Assembly: GCA_965215015.1 (NCBI GenBank)
Contig: OZ244042.1
Span: 3,392,001-3,456,000 of the forward strand
Length of the DNA stretch: 64,000 nucleotides
Reading direction: 5' to 3'
From: Candidatus Poribacteria bacterium
Lineage (GTDB): Bacteria; Poribacteria; WGA-4E; PCPOR2b
Part shown: piece after piece, positions 9,892 through 19,862 of the stretch
Numbering within the stretch: position 1 is the stretch's first letter
Layout of the letters: each line of letters opens with the position of its first letter
Translations under genes and position numbers: made by a program
Notes under the pieces: generated by a model
Told to the model about the DNA's origin: nothing
The model's input: only the letters and a program-made list of their open reading frames with translations
Databases searched by the model: none

Positions 9892-11009
9892 AATCCGTGA
9901 TTCAGACAATAAGGAGGCCCCTTCCTCAGACCTATCTCGTCGTTTAGATGTGAACGTGAGTCACCTCCTCCTGTGAATCCCTTCATCCTGAAAATCCTGA
10001 TTCAGACAATAGGGAGGCTCCTTCCTCAAACCTATCTCGTCGTTTAGATGTGAACGTGAGTTATCTCCTCCTGTGAATCCCTTCATCCTGAAAATCCTGA
10101 TTCAGACAATAGGGAGGCTCCTTCCTCAAACCTATCTCGTCGTTTAGATGTGAACGTGAGTTATCTCCTCCTGTGAATCCCTTCATCCTGAAAATCCTGA
10201 TTCAGACAATAAGGAGGCTCCTTCCTCAAACCTATCTCGTCGTTTAGATATGAACGTGAGTCACCTCCTCCTGTGAATCCGTTCATCCTGAAAATCCTGA
10301 TTCAGACAATAGGGAGGCTCCTTCCTCAAACCTATCTCGTCGTTTAGATATGAACGTGAGTCACCTCCTCCTGTGAATCCCTTCATCCTGAAAATCCTGA
10401 TTCAGACAATAGGGAGGCTCCTTCCTCAAACCTATCTCGTCGTTTAGATATGAACGTGAATCACCTCCTCCTGTGAATCCCTTCATCCTGAAAATCCGTG
10501 ATTCAGACAATAGGGAGGCTCCTTCCTCAGACCTATCTCGTCGTTTAGATGTGAACGTGAGTCATCTCCTCCTGTGAATCCGTTCATCCTGAAAATCCTG
10601 ATTCAGACAATAAGGAGGCTCCTTCCTCAGACCTATCTCGTCGTTTAGATATGAACGTGAGTCATCTCCTCCTGTGAATCCGTTCATCCTGAAAATCCTG
10701 ATTCAGACAATAAGGAGGCTCCTTCCTCAAACCTATCCCGTCGTTTAGATATGAACGTGAATCACCTCCTCCTGTGAATCCCTTCATCCTGAAAATCCGT
10801 GATTCAGACAATAGGGAGGCTCCTTCCTCAGACCTATCTCGTCGTTTAGATATGAACGTGAGTCATCTCCTCCTGTGAATCCCTTCATCCTGAAAATCCT
10901 GATTCAGACAATAAGGAGGCCCCTTCCTCAAACCGATCTCGTCGTTTAGATATGAACGTGAGTCATCTCCTCCTGTGAATCCGTTCATCCTGAAAATCCT
11001 GATTCAGAC
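9892..11009. repeat. Tandem array of 11 near-identical 100-101 bp units plus a partial twelfth
   Basis: TTCAGAC recurs at 9901, 10001, 10101, 10201, 10301, 10401, 10502, 10602, 10702, 10803, 10903 and 11003. No ORF of 60 aa or more in the track. Confidence 0.97.
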
Positions 11010-11065
11010 GGTAGCTTTTTCGCTTCCGAGCGAGTGTCAAGACTTTTGTCAGGCGAAGGTACCCC

Positions 11066-14000
11066 CTAATTCCCCTTCAAGCTACTCGCTTTCTGCAGCC
11101 GTGCCTCCACAAGATGAATAACCGCCTCATACACACCATCCCTTTCCCCTTGTGTGAGATTGAGAGCATCGAAAATAAGCGTGTCAAGGGCGCGACGGTC
11201 GGGTTGTTGTATTTCATCAAAGATGGGAAGAATTTCTCGCGTTTTTATTGTTTCATAGCATTGATAAATTTCACTTTCCACACAACGTTCTTCTAATATA
11301 GGAAGCGTTTTTAACCAATAAACATTTGTATAAATAACTCCTTCGCCCAGATTGGTGATTCCTTCAGTTTCAATTAGCACAGGGATTATGGTACTGTTTA
11401 GATAAGCACGTGTCACCAAATTTTCTTCCTTAAATTTTATTAAGAAGAATCGCTTATCCCCAAAATAATTGCCTACGTTTTCAAAACAACCAAATCGATC
11501 ATTGTAGGCATCCGACCATAACATATCGGGATATTCCCGTTCACCCAAATCGTACCACCGCGCCCTGCTTCGACAACTCGGTCTCTGATCAAACCCCTCA
11601 GACTCACCCCACTCAATATATTCCAACGCAGCGGTCCCTAACAGATTGGCTTTATCCGCACCGCACATAAATAGCTTGAACTTCAACTGAGTTGGATCGA
11701 TAAGAATACTTTTACACTCTCGCGGGCTTTTGATGACAGGCTTCAGGAACTCCTCCTCAATCCCCCATTCCTGAATCCGCTGATCATTGAAATAGAAAAA
11801 CTGGTTTGCTCCTGTCAGGGTACCCAAACGGACCTCAGCGATATCCCCCAAACGCACCAGCTTATCCTTCCCCTTCTCCAGTATCGTCCAGTAGATGTCC
11901 GGAGCGCGGAGATACTTCCCGCCCCACTTATCGCCTGTATACCTCGTTCGAGGAACACCCTCATCGATGCCCCCTCCCAAAAGGGCCACTTGCGAGATCG
12001 GAAAGATACGGTGTTCGGGGGTATTGCGCCGTTCATTTGCCTCCTCGACCTCCTCAAAGAGGACCGCATCTAAAACCCCCTCAAACGGAGTTTTGAACAT
12101 AACAAACCGCGCCATCTGCGCCAATCCTAACTCAGATTTTTCATCGGGGGAGGAAAAGAGGCAGATAACTGTGTTCACATCAGCCGAAGCGAAGGAACGC
12201 CGAGCCTGATTATCGATAATCTGCTTGATGTGACAATGCTTGACGGTAAACTCCTGAAGATCCTTGCCGTAGCGGACATCAAGCCACGAATTGGAGGTGA
12301 TGAAACAGAACGCCCCTTGCGGATTCAGCAGAGAAAGCCCGTGAAAATAGAAGTAGATGTAGAGATCGCTTTTCGCATCTAGCTTGTGAGAGACCGCAGC
12401 CGACGGATTATCCTGTGTAATATCTTTTTCGCGTCTGTAGCGAAAGAAGCGCGGAAAGGCTTGATACACCGAACGGGCAAGTTTCGCTTTGTACGCCTTT
12501 TTATTTTCCCTCGTGACCTGTTCGCGCGGGATTTTCGGATCGGCGATGCTCTCGTGTCGGACATACGGCGGGTTGCCGATGACGATATCAAAACCGCCCT
12601 TTTCACCCGTGAAGATTTCGACGAAGGCGATGTCCCAGACAAACGGCACACCCCCCGCCCTCACCAGCGCGCTGCGAGCCGCTTCAAGCCGATAGAGGGC
12701 TTCGGTCAAAGTTTCAATCTGCTGTCGCTGCAGCTCCAGTTGACGGTCAGGGTTATCTTCGACGGTCCCATCAAGCCGCATCTGCCGCTCCTGGGGACCG
12801 TCGATTTGCTGTCGTAGCCTCTCAATTTGCTCTTCAATGTTTTTGGTGCGAGTATCAATCAGTTCACGAAAAAGTCGGAGCTCCTCCTGTGCCAACTCCT
12901 CTTCAGATCGATACGGACAATTGGCGTCGTTGTTGAAAAACTGTAACTTGGCGTTTTTCAAACGGGTGATCCGGCCCTTTAACGCGCGCGGCATACCGAT
13001 AAACGCATCGCGGAGGGTGGAGAGGTTCATGCCACCAATCTCTTGGACGAGGCTATCGCCGCATCGGATGTTGAACGAGAAGTGAGGCAGCAACGGTTCA
13101 TTCTGCAGATGCAGCGCTTCACGGGAAAATTCCGCATCGATGACCAGAGCGAGCCACAGCCGTAACTCCGCCACATGACACGCCCACTCCATCACGTCCA
13201 CACCGTAGAGGTTTTGACCGATGATGCCTTTCTTGCGGTCAAAGCTGGATTCCAAGCGTCCAACCCCTTGATTGATTCTATCGCGCAGGTCATCGAGGAT
13301 GTGCAGCATCCCAACGAGGAAAGAACCTGAGCCGCAGGCAGGATCCACGAGCGCCAGCCTTTTTAGGTGGGTGTCGAGGGGGTCCCACAGCTGCGCCGCT
13401 GCGAGTTTCCCATCTGCTTCTGCTTTATCGTCCGGATGAAAGGCAAAGAGCACCTCGTAGAGGAGGGGTTTATGTTCCTGTCCTAAGTGGTTCGTCAAGT
13501 GGTCCACCAGCGCGAGACGGCACATCAGATCAATCTCTGTGCGGGGGGTGTAGAAGATGCCAGCGTCCCCACGTTCATTCGCTTCAGCCGAGACATTGAC
13601 GAGGCTTTCATAAACCTTTCCGATCATCTCCGGATCGACGGCGACCTCCTGATCGAGGGGGCTATCTTCAGCGATGGTGAAGTTGTACTTTTCAAGAAAA
13701 TCAAAAATCGCCTTGAAACGGTGATCAGAAATCTGGAAATCGTGTGCTCCATCGAGGGTATTCTCCCTAAACAGCCCTCCGTTGAGATAAGGGGCTAACG
13801 CCAATGCCTCTCGGATGTGGTCGGGGAAATGGCGATGCCCGCCGTGAAACCTGTTATTGAACGCCTCAAAGAATAGGACGTTGAGCCAGCGATTGACAAA
13901 CGAATTGGTTGGCTCCCTTGTTGCTTGGTAGCTCTCCCAAAACGAGCGGAGAAACTCGGTATCTTCACCGAGCCACCGTTTGCGCTGAATAAAGTAGAGG

Positions 14001-14671
14001 AACATGCAACGGTTGAGGAACTGTAACGCATAATCGTGCGCCCAGCGATAATCTGCGGTCTGACCAGCCAAGTCCTCCTGAAGGACTTGGAAAACGCGTT
14101 TATAGTCTTCAAAGAATCGCTTTGTGACGTCCTCGACATCGAAGGCTGCTTCATGACGGATCTGAATTTCGAGTGGCGACAGTGCTTCCGTATCGGGACC
14201 GATAGATGCCAAGTCAAGCATCGCAATCCGTTCGGACGCGGTGCGGAGTTTCTCATAAGGGCTAATTGTGATGCGGCGGAATAGGCGGCGTCTGTCGAAG
14301 TCGTCTGCGTCGTATTTGACATTGACAAAGTGCCAATCCGTTTGGTCTCGGTTGCTGAAAACGAACAGCGTATAGGGGTGATTTTCGAGGAGTTTAGAGA
14401 TGACAGGTCGTTCAGCGGTCAGCAGCAGGCGGTCTGAGTTGAGACGGGCATAGATGACCTTAAAAGCGTCGTCTGTTCCGCCCGTCGCAAAAAGCACTGG
14501 ATCGTCGGCGAGGGCGTTTTTAGCGGTGTCGGTCCAGCCCTGGCGGGCAATCCCGTCGTTTTGACGGTCGTAGTTTAACTCCGTCCAGAACAGCTTCCGG
14601 AGGGGTTCAATTCCACGAAAGTTCTTGAGAATGCTAAAGATGTTCTGTTGATGGTCGAGGTCGTGTAGCAT
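11066..14671 (-). CDS. N6-adenine DNA methyltransferase with C-terminal target recognition domain (Eco57I/Type IIG-like)
   Basis: Motif I LVDPACGSGSFL, motif IV GFDIVIGNPPYV, YTPR, DLYIYF, FITSNSWL; 1201 aa. Confidence 0.92.
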   Translation of the reverse strand: MLHDLDHQQNIFSILKNFRGIEPLRKLFWTELNYDRQNDGIARQGWTDTAKNALADDPVLFATGGTDDAFKVIYARLNSDRLLLTAERPVISKLLENHPYTLFVFSNRDQTDWHFVNVKYDADDFDRRRLFRRITISPYEKLRTASERIAMLDLASIGPDTEALSPLEIQIRHEAAFDVEDVTKRFFEDYKRVFQVLQEDLAGQTADYRWAHDYALQFLNRCMFLYFIQRKRWLGEDTEFLRSFWESYQATREPTNSFVNRWLNVLFFEAFNNRFHGGHRHFPDHIREALALAPYLNGGLFRENTLDGAHDFQISDHRFKAIFDFLEKYNFTIAEDSPLDQEVAVDPEMIGKVYESLVNVSAEANERGDAGIFYTPRTEIDLMCRLALVDHLTNHLGQEHKPLLYEVLFAFHPDDKAEADGKLAAAQLWDPLDTHLKRLALVDPACGSGSFLVGMLHILDDLRDRINQGVGRLESSFDRKKGIIGQNLYGVDVMEWACHVAELRLWLALVIDAEFSREALHLQNEPLLPHFSFNIRCGDSLVQEIGGMNLSTLRDAFIGMPRALKGRITRLKNAKLQFFNNDANCPYRSEEELAQEELRLFRELIDTRTKNIEEQIERLRQQIDGPQERQMRLDGTVEDNPDRQLELQRQQIETLTEALYRLEAARSALVRAGGVPFVWDIAFVEIFTGEKGGFDIVIGNPPYVRHESIADPKIPREQVTRENKKAYKAKLARSVYQAFPRFFRYRREKDITQDNPSAAVSHKLDAKSDLYIYFYFHGLSLLNPQGAFCFITSNSWLDVRYGKDLQEFTVKHCHIKQIIDNQARRSFASADVNTVICLFSSPDEKSELGLAQMARFVMFKTPFEGVLDAVLFEEVEEANERRNTPEHRIFPISQVALLGGGIDEGVPRTRYTGDKWGGKYLRAPDIYWTILEKGKDKLVRLGDIAEVRLGTLTGANQFFYFNDQRIQEWGIEEEFLKPVIKSPRECKSILIDPTQLKFKLFMCGADKANLLGTAALEYIEWGESEGFDQRPSCRSRARWYDLGEREYPDMLWSDAYNDRFGCFENVGNYFGDKRFFLIKFKEENLVTRAYLNSTIIPVLIETEGITNLGEGVIYTNVYWLKTLPILEERCVESEIYQCYETIKTREILPIFDEIQQPDRRALDTLIFDALNLTQGERDGVYEAVIHLVEARLQKASSLKGN

Positions 14672-14729
14672 AGGGAGTCTCCATCCATGAGTTGATAGTA
14701 CCTTAGACTAATAGGAGTTACACACGTGA

Positions 14730-15522
14730 GTTTGTGTCGCGCATTCATCGCGCCTCTTTAACAGTTTGTAGTAGTGCAATTCATTGCACGTCAAAAGTCA
14801 GCAGGGGAAGCCCCCCACTTACGGGAGCTGTTTGTAGTAGTGCAATTCATTGCACGTCAAAAGTCAGCAGCGGAAGCCCCCCACTTACGGGAGCAGTTTG
14901 TAGTCGCGCATTCATCGCGCCTCTTTAAGGGAGTCAGCATCCGCCATATGCTCTATGTACCCTCCTTCCCTCCTTAAGCCCCCCACAGGCAGGGGGCATG
15001 CCCCCTCCCCCTGCTTGCGGGGGGACCGAGGGGGGTTCTTACCCCCCACTTCCGGGAGCCGTTTGTAGTCGCGCATTCACCGCGCCTCTTTAACGGAGTC
15101 AGCATCCACCGTATGCTGTATGTACCCTCCTCCCCTCCTTAAGCCCCCCCCACAGGCAGGGGGCATGGCCCCTCCCCCTGCTTGCGGGGGGACCGAGGGG
15201 GGTTCTTACCCCCACTTGCGGGAGCCGTTTGTAGTAGTGCAATTCATTGCACGTCAAAAGTCAAGAGGGGAAGCCCTCCACTTACGGGAGCAGTTTGTAG
15301 TCGCGCATTCATCGCGCCTCTTTAAGGGAGTCAGCATCCACCGTATGCTGTATGCCCCCTCCTCCCCTCCTTAAGCCCCCCCACAGGCAGGGGGCAGGCC
15401 CCTCCCCCTGCTTGCGGGGGGACCGAGGGGGGTTCTTACCCCCACTTGCGGGAACAGTTTGTAGTAGTGCAATTCATTGCACGTCAAAAGTCAGGAGGGA
15501 AAGCCCCCCGCTTACGGGAGCA
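14730..15522. repeat. Mosaic BIME-like array of two REP modules (order B'-A-A-B-B-A-B-A)
   Basis: A (66 bp, GTTTGTAGTAGTGCAATTCATTGCAC...) at 14764, 14830, 15227, 15457. B (about 165 bp, GTTTGTAGTCGCGCATTCA...) at 14896, 15061, 15293. Confidence 0.92.
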
Positions 15523-15596
15523 GAATGAGCAGCATTAGCCGCTGTGATTCGCAGCACCAGTCCCCGGGTTGTATTGCGATTGCCCTCTGTTCCCTG

Positions 15597-16874
15597 TTAT
15601 GCTGCCAAAGCCTTAAACGCCGCATCAGTTAATCGCGTTAATTCTGCTGGCGAGATAGTAAAGGCGGGCATGATATAAACGACATCGCTAAATGGCCTGA
15701 GCCACACACCCTCCTCTATAAACCGCTGCCGGAGTGCACGTATATATTCTCCACTTGTGTTGGATAGCTGAACAACACCGATAGCTCCCTTTACTCTTAC
15801 ATCGGTGACATTCTCCAGTTTATAGCACGGCTTTAGTTCTTCCTGTAATTGTGTTTCAATCGCTTGAATCTGTGCGATTCGGGGTTCCTGTTCAAACAGA
15901 TCGAGTGAGGCATTGGCAGCGGCACATGCGATTGGATTCGCCATAAACGTGGGACCGTGCATCAGCGCGGTTTCTAGCCGATCTGAGAGGAAGCCTTCAA
16001 ATACCTCCTCCATGGCTAACGTCGCAGCCAATCCCATCATGCCGCCGGTGAGTGCCTTGCCCAGACACATAATATCGGGTGTGATACCGGCGGCCTCGCA
16101 GGCAAACATAGAGCCGGTGCGCCCGAACCCGGTAGCAATTTCATCGGCAATAAACAGTATGCCGTGGTTCTTACAAAGTTGATGGATTTCGGCAAGTACT
16201 TCAGGGAAATGGAACTTCATTCCGCCCGCTGCCTGGACCAAAGGTTCAATAACAAGCCCTGCCACCGTTTCGCTAATCTCCTTTAGGGATTCTGCAAACG
16301 TAGTCAAATCCGCCCCGTTGTTGGGGATATCGAAAATATACTGTTTCGGCATGTAGTGATTCAACGCTCGGTGCATCCCCGTTTCGGGATCGGCGAGCGA
16401 CATACCGCCCATGGTGTCCCCGTGATAGCCATTCCGAAAACAGATAAACTTGCGCTTGTCCGGCTCCTGTCGGTTAGACCAAAACTGTGCTGCCATCTTC
16501 ATCGCTACTTCAACGGCTGTTGAGCCGGAGTCAGAGAAGAAGACGCGACTTAATCCCTTTGGTGTGATGGTAACGAGACGATGGGCGAGTGTGTAAGCCG
16601 GTTCATGGGCAAGCCCCGCAAACATGACATGTGACAGCGTATCCAGCTGTCTTGAAATCTGTTTTGTCAGATGGGGATGTTGGTATCCGTGGCAGGCGCA
16701 CCACCATGATGCAATCCCATCAATTAATTCTCTGCCATCGGCTAGGGTTATCCGTACACCGCTAGCAGAGACGACCGGCAGGGGCAACGGTTCGGTCTGC
16801 ATCTGCGTATAAGGCAACCAGATGTGGTTGAATCCTGCTGTTTCCCACTCAGGGGGGAGGTAGGATTTAGGCAT
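15597..16874 (-). CDS. bioA: Adenosylmethionine-8-amino-7-oxononanoate aminotransferase
   Basis: HIWLPYTQM, DGIASWW, SGSTAVEVAMKMA, YHGDT, FIADEIATGFGRTG, GKALTGG, HGPTFMANP. Confidence 0.96.
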   Translation of the reverse strand: MPKSYLPPEWETAGFNHIWLPYTQMQTEPLPLPVVSASGVRITLADGRELIDGIASWWCACHGYQHPHLTKQISRQLDTLSHVMFAGLAHEPAYTLAHRLVTITPKGLSRVFFSDSGSTAVEVAMKMAAQFWSNRQEPDKRKFICFRNGYHGDTMGGMSLADPETGMHRALNHYMPKQYIFDIPNNGADLTTFAESLKEISETVAGLVIEPLVQAAGGMKFHFPEVLAEIHQLCKNHGILFIADEIATGFGRTGSMFACEAAGITPDIMCLGKALTGGMMGLAATLAMEEVFEGFLSDRLETALMHGPTFMANPIACAAANASLDLFEQEPRIAQIQAIETQLQEELKPCYKLENVTDVRVKGAIGVVQLSNTSGEYIRALRQRFIEEGVWLRPFSDVVYIMPAFTISPAELTRLTDAAFKALAA

Positions 16875-16966
16875 GTTGCACTTTAAGTGGAAGTATCCCC
16901 ATCAATTTCCAAGACATTGTGAGCAATTTTTTTTAGCTGCTGGTGTGGTGTTTCCCTGCTAAAAAT

Positions 16967-17005
16967 AAAAAAGCGGAACCCGGAGGGCTACTCCAGATTC
17001 CGCTT
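16967..17005 (-). terminator. Rho-independent terminator of the ferredoxin-fusion gene
   Basis: AAGCGGAA..CGGAG/CTCC..TTCCGCTT stem followed by a T run on the minus strand. Confidence 0.75.
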
Positions 17006-17027
17006 CGTGGGTGCGGAATTATCCGAA

Positions 17028-18263
17028 CTATCCCTTTATCTTCGCGTAATGGACCGGGCGTTCAATAACGAGATCTTCAACCTTCCCTGATTTCGGAACA
17101 ATGATTTGCAACACTTTATCCCGCAACATTGCTTGAAAGTTTTCGGGTTGTGCTTCGATGCGAAACACATTATTGAATCCGAGGGGAAATGAGCTGATAC
17201 GCCCAGCGACTTCGGTAAACCGGGGGTCCTCCAACTTGGTCTCCACAGCGACTGTGCCATCTCCAAGACTCACCTGATATGTGTAATCCGGCATCCGATC
17301 TGGGAGATTATACTTCCGCTTATATGTAGAGTCAGGCACCCAGCGAGGGAACTCAATTTCGATGATATAATGGTCAACTTCTTCTTCCATCCGGTTTAGC
17401 ATCCCGTAACGGCGATAGCGCTCCCGAACATCCTCCTGATAAATGGGGCCATCAGTGAGAACAGCACCCGGCATGGTTGAACGCGGAGAAGTAGGTTCCG
17501 TTGCTAGCACCGGCCGCAATGCTGGCAACAATAGGCGAGCGACCAGCGATGGGATCCAACCGTATATCGAAGCCCCATATCGAGACGGTTCTTCGCTGTC
17601 CGTTGTGGTGAGATCGTCTCTAAATCGATAGAGCCCCTCAAGGACCGCTAAGGCGACGCCGAGGAAAATTGCAAAGTTTCCTTTGCCGGTGAACAGCGCA
17701 GATTCTATATTCCCCCCGGAAAAAAGGAGGAAAAGCACAAGCGGATAGAGTGTCAAATTAATGAGGCTGTTAATCCCCGTTGAGACTGCTGCACTGAAGA
17801 TGACCGGGTTCTGAGCCATCTCCTCAAGTTCACGCTTAAATTTTGCGTCGAAGGCACCGAGCACAAGCTGGGAGAGCATAACAAACGGACGCAATACGGG
17901 GCGAATCGAAGACTTGGGAGACTCAATAGTTTGCACAAATTCTTCGATTCCAATTTTATCTTCGTCTGCTGCAGCTGCGCCATCTTCCCCTGCCGCTGCC
18001 CCTGCTTTTGTCGGTTTAACAAAATCCTCAAAGAATTTCTCATTTAATTCAATATAAGATGTCCACTGCTCTGGTACATCGTCAAGTATGAAAATTGCGG
18101 TGACCGGACACGCGGGTTCACATGCCGCGCAGTCAATACATTCGGCGGGGTTAATATAGAGCTGCTTTTCCCCATCTTTTGTATGAATACAATCAACTGG
18201 ACACACATCAACGCACGCCGTATCCATGACGTCAACACAAGGTTCGGCAATTACGTAAGCCAT
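17028..18263 (-). CDS. 7Fe-type ferredoxin fused to a membrane segment and a C-terminal HSP20-like domain
   Basis: N-terminal PCVDVMDTACVDVCPVDCI..CIDCAACEPACP, then hydrophobic helices, then EEVDHYIIEIEFP...VLQIIVPK. Confidence 0.75.
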   Translation of the reverse strand: MAYVIAEPCVDVMDTACVDVCPVDCIHTKDGEKQLYINPAECIDCAACEPACPVTAIFILDDVPEQWTSYIELNEKFFEDFVKPTKAGAAAGEDGAAAADEDKIGIEEFVQTIESPKSSIRPVLRPFVMLSQLVLGAFDAKFKRELEEMAQNPVIFSAAVSTGINSLINLTLYPLVLFLLFSGGNIESALFTGKGNFAIFLGVALAVLEGLYRFRDDLTTTDSEEPSRYGASIYGWIPSLVARLLLPALRPVLATEPTSPRSTMPGAVLTDGPIYQEDVRERYRRYGMLNRMEEEVDHYIIEIEFPRWVPDSTYKRKYNLPDRMPDYTYQVSLGDGTVAVETKLEDPRFTEVAGRISSFPLGFNNVFRIEAQPENFQAMLRDKVLQIIVPKSGKVEDLVIERPVHYAKIKG

Positions 18264-18545
18264 TTCTATCTCTCCTCAGACCCATAATCTTTTCGGTTGT
18301 CTACGGTTTCGGAAAATTTGGGCACACAAATTATACCACAATTCCATAGAGATTTGCAAATGCACATTTGAAGCTATAAGTTACGCACCCTTGATGGAGC
18401 TCCACTGTAGCCCCCCGGTTCATCGAGCGTTGGAAATTGTGCTGCGGCGATGAATCACCGAACTACAGGGTTTTGAGCCTTCAACTGCGTAAGTCCTATG
18501 GAGCTATAAGTAAAGAAATCGACAACCCTTCAGAACCGGTTTCCG

Positions 18546-19601
18546 TTATTCGTCAATCTCAAGCCGTACTTCCTTCCCTGTCTCCGCGCTCAGGAGCAGG
18601 GCTTCCATCATCTGTTGTACGATAAGCCCGTGGCGGAGTGGGGCTGCACACGGTTTACCATCCAAGATGCTGTCAATAAAATGCGCGGCGATATTATCCC
18701 AAGATTCGAGCCCTGCGGGTGGCTCAACATTGATGTCTTGGGTGGCACCGTTTTCCATACGGTAGAGTGTGAGTGGACTGAGTTTAGCTCCCGCTTCTGT
18801 GCCAAACAACTCCATCTGAAACTCGCCCGGTTGGTGCGATGCCCAGAAGCTCTCGACCTGTAAACCGGTGCCGTTCTCAAAGCGGATGAAACCGCCCCCG
18901 TAGTCGTCCGATGCGTACTGCTCGTAGAACGATTTAGGCGGAGGCGTGCCGGTCGAATATCCCAATCCGTAGGGGCCAAACTTCGCTCCGGCAGTCCCTA
19001 ATACGCCAACGGGTTTGGGCATGCCCAGCACCCACCATACAGCGTCAAGGACATGCACGCCCATATCCCGAAAAGCCCCGCCCCCCTTCTGGATGAACCC
19101 GAGGCTCCAAGTCGGGATTCCGTTTCTTCGGATACTGCGGGATCTTGCGTAGTAGAGTTCACCAAAATATCCCTGTCGTTGAAGATTCCCGAGATATTGG
19201 CAGTCGCGGCCGAAGCGGGTAGAAAGAGACATCATGTTTACAACCCCTGCCGCCTCCGCCTCAGCGACCAGATTCTTCGCTGCTGCTTCTGAGTCGGCGA
19301 GCGGTTTGGTCACCATAACATGCTTCCCATTTCGCACAGCCTCCAATGCAACGGGGACATGCCATTGATTCGGTGTTCCGACAAAAACGGCATCGATTTC
19401 CGGATCCTTACACATCTGCTTGTAGTCGGTGTAAAATTTGACTTCTTCCGGCAACTCCTCTGCAAATTCCTGCATACGCTCTTCGAGTAGATCACAGAGT
19501 GCGACTACCTGTCCACGCGGATTTGCTGACAAGGCACGTCCGTTGGGTTTGCCGATGCCCATACCAACAACTGCAACTCGTACTTTATCGGTAGCTGTCA
19601 T
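18546..19601 (-). CDS. Gfo/Idh/MocA family oxidoreductase
   Basis: VAVVGMG, GKHVMVTKPLA, GGGAFRDMGVHVLD. Confidence 0.92.
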   Translation of the reverse strand: MTATDKVRVAVVGMGIGKPNGRALSANPRGQVVALCDLLEERMQEFAEELPEEVKFYTDYKQMCKDPEIDAVFVGTPNQWHVPVALEAVRNGKHVMVTKPLADSEAAAKNLVAEAEAAGVVNMMSLSTRFGRDCQYLGNLQRQGYFGELYYARSRSIRRNGIPTWSLGFIQKGGGAFRDMGVHVLDAVWWVLGMPKPVGVLGTAGAKFGPYGLGYSTGTPPPKSFYEQYASDDYGGGFIRFENGTGLQVESFWASHQPGEFQMELFGTEAGAKLSPLTLYRMENGATQDINVEPPAGLESWDNIAAHFIDSILDGKPCAAPLRHGLIVQQMMEALLLSAETGKEVRLEIDE

Positions 19602-19862
19602 CCAATTTCCTCCAATCTGATTTGTGCGACTTTTTCATTTTTCCCCATAGTTTCGTCCGTTTACGTTCATGGGTATTGAATGGGTTAAACTCTAGCATAT
19701 TGCATGTTCTATTTCAACAAGAATTTTAGCAATAACCGAGGTTGCTGCCCCCGTGCTTTTTTTTAAATCTTGTCTTTTTTCAAATTTTATCGGTATATAT
19801 TAAACAGTTGAAATTATCATCCGCCCTTCTCATCCAAATTACCATCCAGACTGGAGGTAAAC

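Noticed and set aside
9892-11009. Possible second CRISPR array
   Set aside because: Whole units are near-identical, with no unique spacers and no cas genes.
14734-15374. Short ORFs in the mosaic repeat
   Set aside because: Translations of REP modules with no protein-like features.
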